Assembly: GCA_040217195.1 (NCBI GenBank)
Contig: JAVJNR010000004.1
Span: 672,001 to 736,000 of the forward strand
Length of the DNA stretch: 64,000 nt
Reading direction: 5' to 3'
Source of the DNA: Leptospiraceae bacterium
GTDB lineage: Bacteria; Spirochaetota; Leptospiria; Leptospirales; Leptonemataceae
Made by a program: the position numbers and the translations under genes. The notes beneath the pieces are model-generated. The model was not told where the DNA came from. It worked only from the letters and a program-made list of their open reading frames with translations, and ran no database searches. Of this stretch, positions 27,893 to 37,739 are shown piece after piece. Numbering within the stretch: the first letter of the stretch is position 1; every line of letters begins with the position of its first letter.

Positions 27893-28684
27893 CTAAAAAT
27901 GCAATGCGATGAAATCCTGAAGTGCATTCAAGGTGTCTCGATCATCCGTCAATGGCTCGGCGATTGCAACCTGACAGGCCAGCCTGGGTGGTAACCCGGA
28001 TTGAATCAACCTGGCGGCATCTACAAGTAATCGAGTAGAAATCGTTTCCTGAATGGGCAGATCCGGAGCCTTTCGAATTCTCTGGGCCAGACGGACCAGA
28101 GCTTTAATACTGGGACCATTGAATCCGGTTTCTCCGATGACGATTTCCATTTCAGTATCTGGATCCGGGTAATCGAAGCTGATGGAAACGAACCTCTGCC
28201 TGGTGGAAGGCTTCATCTCCCTTGTGCCCTTTTGGTAGCCCGGGTTAAAGCTGGCTACAAGCATGAATTCAGGTGGCGCTACCAGCTCTTCGGTTCTACG
28301 TTCAAGAAAGAGGCAACGACGATGATCCGTCAAAGAATGGATGGCGACCAGGGTATCAGGTCTGGCCTCTGCGATTTCATCCAGGTACAGAATGGCCCCT
28401 TCGCGAACGGCACGAGTCATAGGTCCATCGTTCCAGACTGTTTCGCCTCCGGAAATGAGGTATCGACCAAGCAAGTCCACAGCCGAGGTTTCTTCATGGC
28501 ATGCCACATTGATCAGGGGGCGGCCCAGGCTGGCTGCCATAAACTCTACCAGCCTGGACTTTCCTGTACCGGTGGGCCCCTTCAATAGAAGGGGCAACCG
28601 ATTGGCATAGGCATGCTCAAACACTTCCAGCTCCCGACCCACCGGTCGGTAATAGGGAAGGCTTTCACTTGCCACCTGATTCAT
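27893..28684 (-). CDS. norQ: NorQ/NirQ MoxR-type AAA+ ATPase
   Basis: GPTGTGKS, YLDEIAEAR, NPGYQ and KPSTRQRF motifs. Confidence 0.95.
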   Translation of the reverse strand: MNQVASESLPYYRPVGRELEVFEHAYANRLPLLLKGPTGTGKSRLVEFMAASLGRPLINVACHEETSAVDLLGRYLISGGETVWNDGPMTRAVREGAILYLDEIAEARPDTLVAIHSLTDHRRCLFLERRTEELVAPPEFMLVASFNPGYQKGTREMKPSTRQRFVSISFDYPDPDTEMEIVIGETGFNGPSIKALVRLAQRIRKAPDLPIQETISTRLLVDAARLIQSGLPPRLACQVAIAEPLTDDRDTLNALQDFIALHF

Positions 28685-30051
28685 GCATTGGCTCCCAGTT
28701 CAGTGGCATCATCCTGCATATCCTGACCAACCATCTCATCGCTGGGCTGACCATAGCGAATGAATGTGTAGATAAACATCAAAATGCCAATGGCAAACAG
28801 AGAGGCCGCAAGCATTGCTCCGTAGAAATGCACCACGATTTCTTTTTGCACAGCCAGAAAATCCATACCCAGCTTTCGCTCCAGATATACCTGTGCAATG
28901 CCTGATACAGCGAAAGCTCCGGTCATTCCTACCATCCCAATGTTGGAAAACCAGAAGGCCAGATAACCCGTCATATTGTTCATCAGATTTCGACCGGTCA
29001 TATTTGGCATCACATATGAGATGATGGCAAATATCAGCATCGCATAAGCGCCCCAGAAAGCCAGGTGACCGTGCATCGCAGTAATCAATGTACCATGAGT
29101 CCATTTGTTAACTGCCGGCCAGGTGTGTGCGAATCCCAGGAATCCGGCTCCCACAAAAGACATCACTGCGCAACCCAGAGTCCAGTACAGTGCAATCTTA
29201 TTGGGATGGTTTCGTCCTTTTCGGCGATACATATTGATCGCCCAGATAGCCATTCCCAGAAAAGCCAGGGGCTCCAGAGCAGAGAAAAGTCCGCCAATCA
29301 TGAGCCAGTAACCGGGTGTTCCAATCCAGTAGTAATGGTGACCTGTTCCCAGAATGCCGGACAGAAAGGTAAGTCCTACCACAACATAGAGCCATTTTTC
29401 TACAACTTCCCGGTCCACTCCTGTTAACTTGATCAACAGAAATGCAAGCACGGATCCCATGATCAATTCCCAGACCCCTTCAACCCATAGATGGACTACC
29501 CACCAGCGATAGAATGAATCCAGCGTCTGATTATCAAACCAGATCATTCCAGGCAAATACAGCAATGCAGCCGAGAACAATCCGAAGAATAATACCATTT
29601 GAGTGGTGCTATTTTTCTCTGCTTTCCAGATGGTCATCCCAATGATGTACAGAAATAGAAGAATGTTCGCCACCACCAGATAATCCAGCGGTCTGGGAAT
29701 CTCCAGAAACTTCCTTCCTTCCCACCAACCGAAGTGAAAACCAGCCACAGCAACGACACCTACAAGCAGCCAGGAAACGAGCTGCAGTATTGCCAGACGT
29801 GGAGCATAGAGTTCCCTTCCGGATTCTTCTGGAATCACGTAATACGCGGATCCCATAAAGCCAGTTAGAAGCCAGACAACCAGAAGGTTGATATGTGTAG
29901 TTCGCGCTACATTGAATGGAATCCAATCATGCAGACCGTCCATGCCAATCCTTGCAAATAGCATGATAAAACCGTACACCATTTGCAAAGTTAGAAGCAA
30001 CATGGCTGCGGCGAAAAAATAATAAGCAATCTTTTGCGTTTTGTATTTCAT
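28681..30051 (-). CDS. norB: Cytochrome c-dependent nitric oxide reductase, large subunit
   Basis: HLWVEGVWE, GTGHHYYW and HGHLAFWGAY motifs; 456 aa, cNor length. Confidence 0.96.
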   Translation of the reverse strand: MKYKTQKIAYYFFAAAMLLLTLQMVYGFIMLFARIGMDGLHDWIPFNVARTTHINLLVVWLLTGFMGSAYYVIPEESGRELYAPRLAILQLVSWLLVGVVAVAGFHFGWWEGRKFLEIPRPLDYLVVANILLFLYIIGMTIWKAEKNSTTQMVLFFGLFSAALLYLPGMIWFDNQTLDSFYRWWVVHLWVEGVWELIMGSVLAFLLIKLTGVDREVVEKWLYVVVGLTFLSGILGTGHHYYWIGTPGYWLMIGGLFSALEPLAFLGMAIWAINMYRRKGRNHPNKIALYWTLGCAVMSFVGAGFLGFAHTWPAVNKWTHGTLITAMHGHLAFWGAYAMLIFAIISYVMPNMTGRNLMNNMTGYLAFWFSNIGMVGMTGAFAVSGIAQVYLERKLGMDFLAVQKEIVVHFYGAMLAASLFAIGILMFIYTFIRYGQPSDEMVGQDMQDDATELGANA

Positions 30052-30060
30052 GTAGCCCCC

Positions 30061-30783
30061 CTATTTTAAAGTCATCAGATAGTCCACTATGGACGTCACT
30101 TCCTGCTCATTGAGAGGAAGCTTTGGCATGGTTGTACCTTCTTTTACTGCCTGAGGATCCTTCAGCCATTTCACCAGATAGCCTCGATCAAACCGATTGG
30201 CCACACCGTCCAGGGCCGGGCCCACATTTCCGCCCTTTCCATCTACTTGATGGCAGGCTACACAGAGTGATTTGAACTTTGCCGGCGCCTGAGCCACGGC
30301 CGGAGTATCTGCTGCTTCTGGCAGGGTTGGTGCCTCCGAAGTTCGAGTACCCGGAATGGTACTGGTGGAGATATTTGGCTCCGGGGGCCATCCATTGGTA
30401 TCGATGTTTCCCACCCATTTCAGAAAGGCGATGATATCATCCATCTCCTGGTCATTGAAATCATACTGAACCATTTTCCTTTCACCGGGAAACATGGCCT
30501 CTGGATCCTTGATAAAAATCCGAATCCACTCTTCTCCTCGTTTATCCACGACTTTGGTTAAATCCGGGGCATAGTAGGCGCCTTCACCGAGGATGGTGTG
30601 ACAGCCCATACAGTTTTCTCTTTCCCAGATTTCCTTGCCGCGGATTACAGATTCGCTCAATTCATGCTCATTGGTTCTTTCAGCCATTTGCCGGTGGGTA
30701 TCCACCGTCAGGCCCAGAAAGACGGCGCTAAATAAAGCCGTCCCTCCCAGAAAGAACGCTCTGGCCTGTGATTTAGAAAGCAT
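30061..30783 (-). CDS. norC: NO reductase subunit C with an extra C-terminal cytochrome c domain (dihaem)
   Basis: CMGCHTILGEGAYYAPDLT, Pro/Thr/Ala linker, second CVACH...MP; RBS AGGAG before ATG 30783. Confidence 0.93.
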   Translation of the reverse strand: MLSKSQARAFFLGGTALFSAVFLGLTVDTHRQMAERTNEHELSESVIRGKEIWERENCMGCHTILGEGAYYAPDLTKVVDKRGEEWIRIFIKDPEAMFPGERKMVQYDFNDQEMDDIIAFLKWVGNIDTNGWPPEPNISTSTIPGTRTSEAPTLPEAADTPAVAQAPAKFKSLCVACHQVDGKGGNVGPALDGVANRFDRGYLVKWLKDPQAVKEGTTMPKLPLNEQEVTSIVDYLMTLK

Positions 30784-30839
30784 AGTTCCGCTCCTGCGCT
30801 CAATTTGGTGGAGCATAGACCGAAAAGAGTCTGAATTCC

Positions 30840-30853
30840 TTGATTCAGATCAA
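30840..30853. promoter_or_regulatory. FNR/DNR-type box for norCBQD
   Basis: TTGATTCAGATCAA; minus-strand -10 TATGCT at 29.5 bp. Confidence 0.87.
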
Positions 30854-31173
30854 TGAGGAGAAATTCATCTCTGCTCCACCGCCCTCGGTCATAAGGCCTA
30901 TATTGCTATTGTCCAATGTTTTTAATGGATTCGATGGATTTACGGTGATTAAAATTCAATGAGCATGGCAATAACGTTATAACCAGTCCTTCCTATAAGC
31001 CGTTGCAGGCGTTTAATAATTAAATAGCAATAATGATGGAACGCTAATACGCTATACCATTCTGGTGATTTAATTCGCGCATTGAGATTGGATCATGGAC
31101 CGCCGGGGGGAATGAGCCCCCTTTCGGAGGCCCAACGCCCATGGAAAGGCTTTCCGTCCCGGTAAAGGGTGGA

Positions 31174-31590
31174 TCAATTCTTCTGTTTCTGAACCAGGTT
31201 CTGGAGCCTTTTACGCAGCTCAGGGTCACTATCCAATCGCTGAATAATCTGATTGAACTGGTCAACGGAAAGGCCTGTGCTTTTGATTGCTTTACGCATA
31301 TTCAAACCAGCTTCTTTTTTAAGAGCATCTCTTTCTGATTTAGTCTTCAGACTCTTGAGCTCTGGACCAACATCCTTTCGAATCTGAGCCACTTTACTAT
31401 AGGCCATGGCAAACTTCTGCAATTGTTGATCGCTGGTTTTCTTGTCGCTGGAGGAACTCTCCCCGGCTACCGATTCAGAAGTAACATCGCCGGTAGGTTT
31501 ACCTTCTGCCTTTGCTCCTTCCTGAGCAGGTTCTGCAACGGCTACGGTTGTAACCAATAATGTTAAGAGGAATCCAATAATGTATCTCAT
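31174..31590 (-). CDS. DUF4168-like exported helical protein
   Basis: Signal peptide; SDQQLQKFAMAY...GLSVDQFNQI...DPELRKRL. Confidence 0.75.
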   Translation of the reverse strand: MRYIIGFLLTLLVTTVAVAEPAQEGAKAEGKPTGDVTSESVAGESSSSDKKTSDQQLQKFAMAYSKVAQIRKDVGPELKSLKTKSERDALKKEAGLNMRKAIKSTGLSVDQFNQIIQRLDSDPELRKRLQNLVQKQKN

Positions 31591-31876
31591 CTCTAACTCC
31601 TTGATAGTTTTGACCTACCTCGCCAGACTTCTGGCAATCCGGGGTCCCGGCAGCAAGCCACTGTGGGACGCATCGACCAGATCACTCAGAACTTTAAGAG
31701 CTGATATAGGCCATAGAGGTCACCTCATGAAAGTAGGCGACAGAATCAAGGATGGATCATAAGAATCCTGTCCGACTTTTTTGGCCTCCATTGAATTTGT
31801 CCGACAATGATCGACAATAATCTCTGTCCGACAGCCGGCCCAGAAAGTCTCTGTTCAACGCGTCCCGGCGAAGGAA

Positions 31877-33064
31877 TCAGGGGTTTCGATGACATCGAAG
31901 TGGTTTTCCTTCTGGTGTAAAGAGTGCCTGCAGAGTCAGCGCTTTATCTGGCGCTGTGTTGCGATAATCATGAACGCATTCGCCGGCCTCTGCTTTGCGA
32001 ATATCGCACCAGACTCTCTTTGTGTCTGTAGTCCAGATTTTCCAGTCCGAAGGCACCAGATTTTTTATGCCCCCTTGGATCAAAGAATTGCTCTGGCGCT
32101 TTTTCGGCAGATACGGATTACCCCCCCCATGGGTGCCAACAAACATATCGATTCTATCTTCTCGAATATAATACGGAGAACCTGTATCTGTAATACAGAA
32201 ATATCCGTCATGGACTCCGCCTCCGGGCATCTTAATTTTCTTTTCTGCGACTTCAGGAATGAATACCATCAGACCAATCAATGTTCGCTTCGCACAACCA
32301 GGAATTCGGCTACGCAAAGATCTGCATAGCCCGGAGAAATTCACAGCTATAGTACGGTATGGAAAAACCTGATAGTTGTAGCCGGCTCCATGTCCCCACC
32401 GCAGATCATAGGTATTGTACTGACCGGGCTTGCCAGCATAATGATATTTCTTCCCATCCAGGGCAACGCCGCTTCCTTCCCAGCGCACCTGCTCCAGGAA
32501 ATCCTTTGAGGCATATCCGATGGTTTTTCCGGAAGGACTGCGAACAGAAACCCTGGGACCCGGATGAAACTCTTCCATTGCAAGATGATAGAAAGTGGGC
32601 CATACCTTTCGCACTTCTATATGCTTGAAGTCCTTTCTGAGTCTATTCGCATCCACTTTGCCATCTAGATTTACCAGCAGATCCAGAGTCAAAGGAGTGT
32701 GATTGAGCTGCTGCAGTTTGGATTCCAGAACCTGGCTGTATTTCATGGGAATCAAAGAATCTGTGGGCACATAGCAGGTAGGACCAGGATCTGAGATTAC
32801 AGCGTTTCTTACTACTGGGCTATAGGATTTACCTTCGTGGCTAACCTCAGTCCCCACTTTGCGAAGAGATTCTGCATGTGGATATCGGCGAATTTCTGTG
32901 GATTTGGGGCTGGCTTCTTCTGTGCAGGCGCATCCATTTCTATCATTCAAACAGCGGCCTTTAAAGATCTCTGGAAAAGCCGACGCCTCCTCATCTGCTT
33001 GCACTCTGGGCGTAGGAGCACAATAAATTAGAATCAGTACCGTTAGCCAGATGGAATGACGCAT
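31877..33064 (-). CDS. Putative lipoprotein with a 3D-domain-like (MltA-type) C-terminus
   Basis: MRHSIWLTVLILIYC signal; EGSG, YRTIAVN and DTGS...RIDMFVG motifs. Confidence 0.6.
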   Translation of the reverse strand: MRHSIWLTVLILIYCAPTPRVQADEEASAFPEIFKGRCLNDRNGCACTEEASPKSTEIRRYPHAESLRKVGTEVSHEGKSYSPVVRNAVISDPGPTCYVPTDSLIPMKYSQVLESKLQQLNHTPLTLDLLVNLDGKVDANRLRKDFKHIEVRKVWPTFYHLAMEEFHPGPRVSVRSPSGKTIGYASKDFLEQVRWEGSGVALDGKKYHYAGKPGQYNTYDLRWGHGAGYNYQVFPYRTIAVNFSGLCRSLRSRIPGCAKRTLIGLMVFIPEVAEKKIKMPGGGVHDGYFCITDTGSPYYIREDRIDMFVGTHGGGNPYLPKKRQSNSLIQGGIKNLVPSDWKIWTTDTKRVWCDIRKAEAGECVHDYRNTAPDKALTLQALFTPEGKPLRCHRNP

Positions 33065-33269
33065 AGTTCCGATTACAACGGAAGGCCCCAGATCGCAAGT
33101 ATAAAGAAAGCCGGCGGAGTTAACCGCCAGCTTCCGAAAAAAGCCATCCACCTGTGAAGACTTCAGGTCGATAGAAATATCTGGCAATGCGATCCGAAAG
33201 GAGGCCCGCCAGTGTTCGGCATCCTCCTGGGACTTTTTATATAAGCAGGCCTGTATGCGGGCAGTATGC

Positions 33270-34271
33270 TTATCTAAATTCGAAATACTTCTCGATTCCG
33301 AAATAAATACCTTCAACGCGCTCTTTCCTTCTACCATTATAGGCTGAGGTAGCATCTAGAAGGCTTTCCGCAATATTCACCTGAAAGCTCTGGGCAGAAG
33401 GAGTGGTAACAAAGGTACCGTTTAGTCCACGATATCCTGAGTATGAAACCAGATCCACTTCAGAACGGTAGGTTAAGCGAATCATGAAGTCTTCCGTAAC
33501 ATTGTAGACCATTCCCGCTTCATACATATTGCGAATCACATTCACATCGGCCTTCATATTTTCAGCAGTTGTAGTAAGTGTTGTTCCGGATGGAGCATAG
33601 GTAGTTCGCACGTAATCCAGACTCTCGGATCCCTTCTGAGAAAAGTCCACGGCACCTACGATTGAAAATCCGCTGCGAGCCAGTGGCACTTTTACTTCCA
33701 GACCTACAGTGGGCATGAACATCTTTATGTCCCGGTCTCCAATGTAATTGGTAACTGCAGAAATGCCGGAATTATTGAAGGTAAAGATCTCTTCGCTGGC
33801 AAACTGATGATTGTACAGTACTCCGCCTCGTAGGATCAAATCGATAGGGGCCTTCTGCCTGGTATCCAGAAAGAAAATTGCCAGTCGAAAGGATGCTCTT
33901 TCTCGGAAACCTTCCAGATTGGCCTGACTCAAAGAGTTTAGTGAAAAGCCTTCGCCTCTCCAGTTACTTCGTTGTGTTCCGTAGTATTCCGCTTCGAATC
34001 GGATGCCGGCAGGCCAGCCCGCAGGACCGTAATAGAGCATTACTGGATAGGTAAAACTAGCGTCCGAGCGAAAATCTCCGAATGCAGTCCCCGGAGTGTA
34101 GGTATTACTACCGGAACCTACCAGCGCATCATCGGCAATGATTCTTTGCTGCAGATCTAGATTAAAGGAACTCTCTTGAAGATCCCAGTAACCGAACCTC
34201 AAACCAAACTCGCCAGCAAATACAGGGCTGGCAGTAAACAATGCCAGTACGGCAAATAATCTTAGTTTCAT
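33270..34271 (-). CDS. Putative outer-membrane beta-barrel protein
   Basis: Signal peptide ending VFA, amphipathic strands, C-terminal GIYFGIEKYFEFR; RBS GGAGA. Confidence 0.65.
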   Translation of the reverse strand: MKLRLFAVLALFTASPVFAGEFGLRFGYWDLQESSFNLDLQQRIIADDALVGSGSNTYTPGTAFGDFRSDASFTYPVMLYYGPAGWPAGIRFEAEYYGTQRSNWRGEGFSLNSLSQANLEGFRERASFRLAIFFLDTRQKAPIDLILRGGVLYNHQFASEEIFTFNNSGISAVTNYIGDRDIKMFMPTVGLEVKVPLARSGFSIVGAVDFSQKGSESLDYVRTTYAPSGTTLTTTAENMKADVNVIRNMYEAGMVYNVTEDFMIRLTYRSEVDLVSYSGYRGLNGTFVTTPSAQSFQVNIAESLLDATSAYNGRRKERVEGIYFGIEKYFEFR

Positions 34272-34391
34272 CTTTTCTCCTTCTGTCGCCTCTGACTTCC
34301 TGGGAAACCAGAGGGCGGGCCTGGTGCGAATCAAACCGGCACCCTACTTTTTAGACTGTAATAGAAGATCTACGGTTCAGGTTTCAATCCT

Positions 34392-35657
34392 TTATCTGGA
34401 ATGAATTCGGTCTGTTCCTACGTACGGCCGCAATGCTTCTGGAATCAGAAAGGAGCCATCCGATTGCTGAAAATTCTCCATAATAGCAATCATAGTCCGT
34501 CCGGCCGCCAGGCCGCTACCGTTGAGAGAATGGACATATCGATTCCCCTTTTCAGCCTTGTACCGTATCATACCCCTTCGGGCCTGAAATTCGCCCGTAT
34601 TGCTGATGGATGAAATCTCCAGCCAGCGATTGAGCCCGGGCATCCAGACTTCCAGGTCATATGTTTTCATTGCAGAGGCTCCCATGTCTCCGCTGGACAA
34701 TAGAATAACTCGATAGGGTAAGTCCAGAGCCTTCAAAATACCTTCCGCATGCCCCACCATCTCTTCATGGATTCGAGCTGAGTCTTCGGCAGCGCAAAGT
34801 TGCACAAGCTCCACTTTCTGAAACTGATGCACCCGCACCAGTCCTCTGGTATCCTTACCGGCCGCTCCCGCTTCCCGTCGAAAACAGCTAGTGGCAGCCG
34901 TTACAGCCACCGGCAATTCGGCTAGAATTGTGTCCCGATACAGATTTACGAGAGGAACTTCAGCTGTAGGTATGAGCGAAAGCTCATCCGCATCCATGCG
35001 ATAGTATTCGCCTTTAAATTTGGGATACTGACCGGTTGTTACCATGCAATCGTCTACAACTGTGGAGGGAACCCAGGTCTCTTCGTAACCGTTTTCTCTC
35101 TGACGATCCAGCATGAAATTCAGAATGGACCGTTCCAGGGTGGCGCCCATACCCCGGTATGTATAAAATCTAGATCCTGCAAGCTTCACTCCGCTCTCAA
35201 AGTCCAGAATCCCCAGCGATTCGCCGATTTCATAATGAGGTCTTGGTTCAAAGCTAAAGGAGGGAACTTCCCCATGTTTTCGAATTTCTCTGTTTTCCGT
35301 TTCTGGCCCAATGGGCACATCTGGATCCAGCCAGTTCGGTAAGTTCAAAATCTGATCATTAAGAGTGGCCTCTAACTGATTCAGCTCCTCCTCCAGGGTT
35401 GATAACTGAATTCCAAGTTTTCGCACTTCTTCCTTTCGTTCATCGGCCTGCTCTTTTTGTCCGGAGCCTATCAGCTTGCCAATATCCTTGCTGGAACGAT
35501 TTCGCTCATTTCTCAGCTCATCTACCTGGATTTTCTTATCTCGAGAGGTCTGAATCAAATCCTTGATTTCATCCACGGAAACCCGCTCAAACATTCGATC
35601 TTTGAGCATCTTCTCCAGCTCATCCGGATTTTCCTGTATTCTTTTTAACTCCAGCAT
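34392..35657 (-). CDS. serS: Serine--tRNA ligase
   Basis: LIPTAEVP, FRREAG...RGLVRVHQFQKVE, EISSISN and LNGSGLA motifs. Confidence 0.98.
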   Translation of the reverse strand: MLELKRIQENPDELEKMLKDRMFERVSVDEIKDLIQTSRDKKIQVDELRNERNRSSKDIGKLIGSGQKEQADERKEEVRKLGIQLSTLEEELNQLEATLNDQILNLPNWLDPDVPIGPETENREIRKHGEVPSFSFEPRPHYEIGESLGILDFESGVKLAGSRFYTYRGMGATLERSILNFMLDRQRENGYEETWVPSTVVDDCMVTTGQYPKFKGEYYRMDADELSLIPTAEVPLVNLYRDTILAELPVAVTAATSCFRREAGAAGKDTRGLVRVHQFQKVELVQLCAAEDSARIHEEMVGHAEGILKALDLPYRVILLSSGDMGASAMKTYDLEVWMPGLNRWLEISSISNTGEFQARRGMIRYKAEKGNRYVHSLNGSGLAAGRTMIAIMENFQQSDGSFLIPEALRPYVGTDRIHSR

Positions 35658-35713
35658 GGCAAACTATTGACCTCCTGAGGATACCATTCAGTTTCCGCAT
35701 CCAGACAAGTGCA

Positions 35714-37405
35714 GTGCCGGGTGCGAATCTGATGGATCTACTCAAGCGCCGGCAAGCCTGGAGTCAATCAGGATTGGTTATGCAGAACCTGCAGCAGAAT
35801 CGACTGTTTCCCGAAAAAGGGCCGGAACGATTAAGGGATTCGATCCTGGCTTTCCTTCTATCTGTTTGTGGCAGCCTGTTTATTGGTGATCAGGAAATTT
35901 TTCAGTCAGATGTTCTCTACATTTCCGCAGTTGTTCAAGATCTGTTCAGCGGTTTGAGCTTATTGACCTGGAACTTTACTCCGGCTCCCTATTTCTTTCC
36001 GGATCTAACCTTTTACTCTCTGTTTTATTCTGTACTGGATCATAGTCTGTCACTGCGACTCTATGGAATTGTTCAATCCGGATTCGTTGCTTTTTTTCTG
36101 ATGCGATTATTTTCGCCCCCGGGAAAGCGATATGGTATATTCAGGCTTCTTTTTTCTCTGCAATTTCTGGCTTTGATCTATTATCAGGATTTCTATGCAT
36201 TTCTATATCTTCCTGGAATGCATTGCTCCTCTTTTCTATTTACATTAATTCTTTTCCATCGCATTCGTCACGAGGAACTTCTTCCCTGGAAGGGACTCTA
36301 TATCATTTTGATGGCGCTGGTTCTGGTATCCGATCGGCTATTTGCAGTGCAGGCAATCTTTCCGACGTTAATTTCACTTCTGTACGCGAATCGCCTGCGA
36401 AAAAAGAATCCAGATTATGGTAGGCGAGTTCCTCGCATGCGGGTTCATTACTGGATCAAGGTCGTAGGACTTGCACTTCTGCTTGGAATAGTACTATCGC
36501 TGCTGGTCACTTTTACTCTGAACACAGGTAAGACGGTTTCTATTTCAGTCGGTAAATCCTTTCTGGCCTTTGCAGGCGATATTAAGAAAGGCTTTGGATT
36601 TCCATTACTTTTCTATTTCCAGTGCATGATGCTCATCGTTTTCTCTTCGTTTTTACTTCATAGGGTACTTCTGGCCACGGAAACGGAAATCCGCCGCTGG
36701 GATCGACCATCCCTGGTTTTCTATGGACGGATCAGTTCATCCAACCTGCTTTTCTTTATCTGGCTACCTGTAATGGCTGCTCTGATAACAGGTGCCTATG
36801 TGGATGCCTACTCCATCCGCTACTTTGCAGGCTCCTTTATCGTTAGCAATGCAGGCATTCTTTCCATTGCATGTAGTCTCGGAAATAGGCCCAGCGCTCA
36901 TCTTTCGCGCTTCATTGGACCGATTTCCATGGCTTTTCGTAGATCGGGACCCATTGTCCTGGCTGCACTGATTCTTGTATTTTTAATAAGCGACCGATTC
37001 TTTTCGAAGGAATCTAATCTCCAGGCAGAGATTCCGTCCACAACATGGCCTTACCACTACCCGGACTATGTTCAATGTCTGGACGCACTGGAACCGTCGC
37101 CAGCGGTGATCATGGCAGATTACTGGCATTCTAAATCCATATACTTATTCAGTCGAAACAAAGTGATAAGCTATCATGCAGATTATAGAACGGGCCAGCC
37201 ATCCAATGTAATCTCCAATGCTTCCTGGTGGGAGAATCGATGGCCTCCGCAGGCAGTGTATATGGCCAACCTGTCACAGGAACTGATCAAGGGCGCACTG
37301 GGCCCACCGGATCGAATTGTAAAATGTCAGAGTGTTTTAGAAACCAGTCCAGGTGCCACAACCGGGCCTTTTCAGCTGGCACCTGTTTGGATTTATTCTC
37401 ATTAG
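35714..37405 (+). CDS. Polytopic membrane protein, possibly a GT-C-fold glycosyltransferase
   Basis: More than 10 TMs, SDVLY...PAPYFFPD loop, C-terminal soluble domain with ADYWHSK. Confidence 0.5.
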   Translation: MPGANLMDLLKRRQAWSQSGLVMQNLQQNRLFPEKGPERLRDSILAFLLSVCGSLFIGDQEIFQSDVLYISAVVQDLFSGLSLLTWNFTPAPYFFPDLTFYSLFYSVLDHSLSLRLYGIVQSGFVAFFLMRLFSPPGKRYGIFRLLFSLQFLALIYYQDFYAFLYLPGMHCSSFLFTLILFHRIRHEELLPWKGLYIILMALVLVSDRLFAVQAIFPTLISLLYANRLRKKNPDYGRRVPRMRVHYWIKVVGLALLLGIVLSLLVTFTLNTGKTVSISVGKSFLAFAGDIKKGFGFPLLFYFQCMMLIVFSSFLLHRVLLATETEIRRWDRPSLVFYGRISSSNLLFFIWLPVMAALITGAYVDAYSIRYFAGSFIVSNAGILSIACSLGNRPSAHLSRFIGPISMAFRRSGPIVLAALILVFLISDRFFSKESNLQAEIPSTTWPYHYPDYVQCLDALEPSPAVIMADYWHSKSIYLFSRNKVISYHADYRTGQPSNVISNASWWENRWPPQAVYMANLSQELIKGALGPPDRIVKCQSVLETSPGATTGPFQLAPVWIYSH

Positions 37406-37739
37406 CGCCAGCGGCCGCGACGGAACTGCCTTCAACGATTGATATGCGAAACTAGAGTGCTCGGATTAAATGCGCAACAGTTGAGTTTCAATGAATGGTA
37501 TTCCACCACAGAATGTCGAATTAAAACCGAGTAAAGGCAGATCCAACGATTTCTGTAGAAGACTACCAAATAAGGCCATCCCGGCAGAACCATAGAACTC
37601 CTGCCTGGCGAATCAACGCCTGGAGTCAGAACAGAAATTACGGATGATGCAAAGCATTGCCCCGGGACAAACTCGAGCATCTCGGCTTCCAAAAGGGCCG
37701 CACAGCACCAACGTTCAAAACGGATTCAAATCTGGATGC

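Noticed and set aside
33065..33355. Long N-terminal extension of the 3D-domain-like ORF
   Set aside because: It overlaps the neighbouring gene; the signal peptide begins at ATG 33064.
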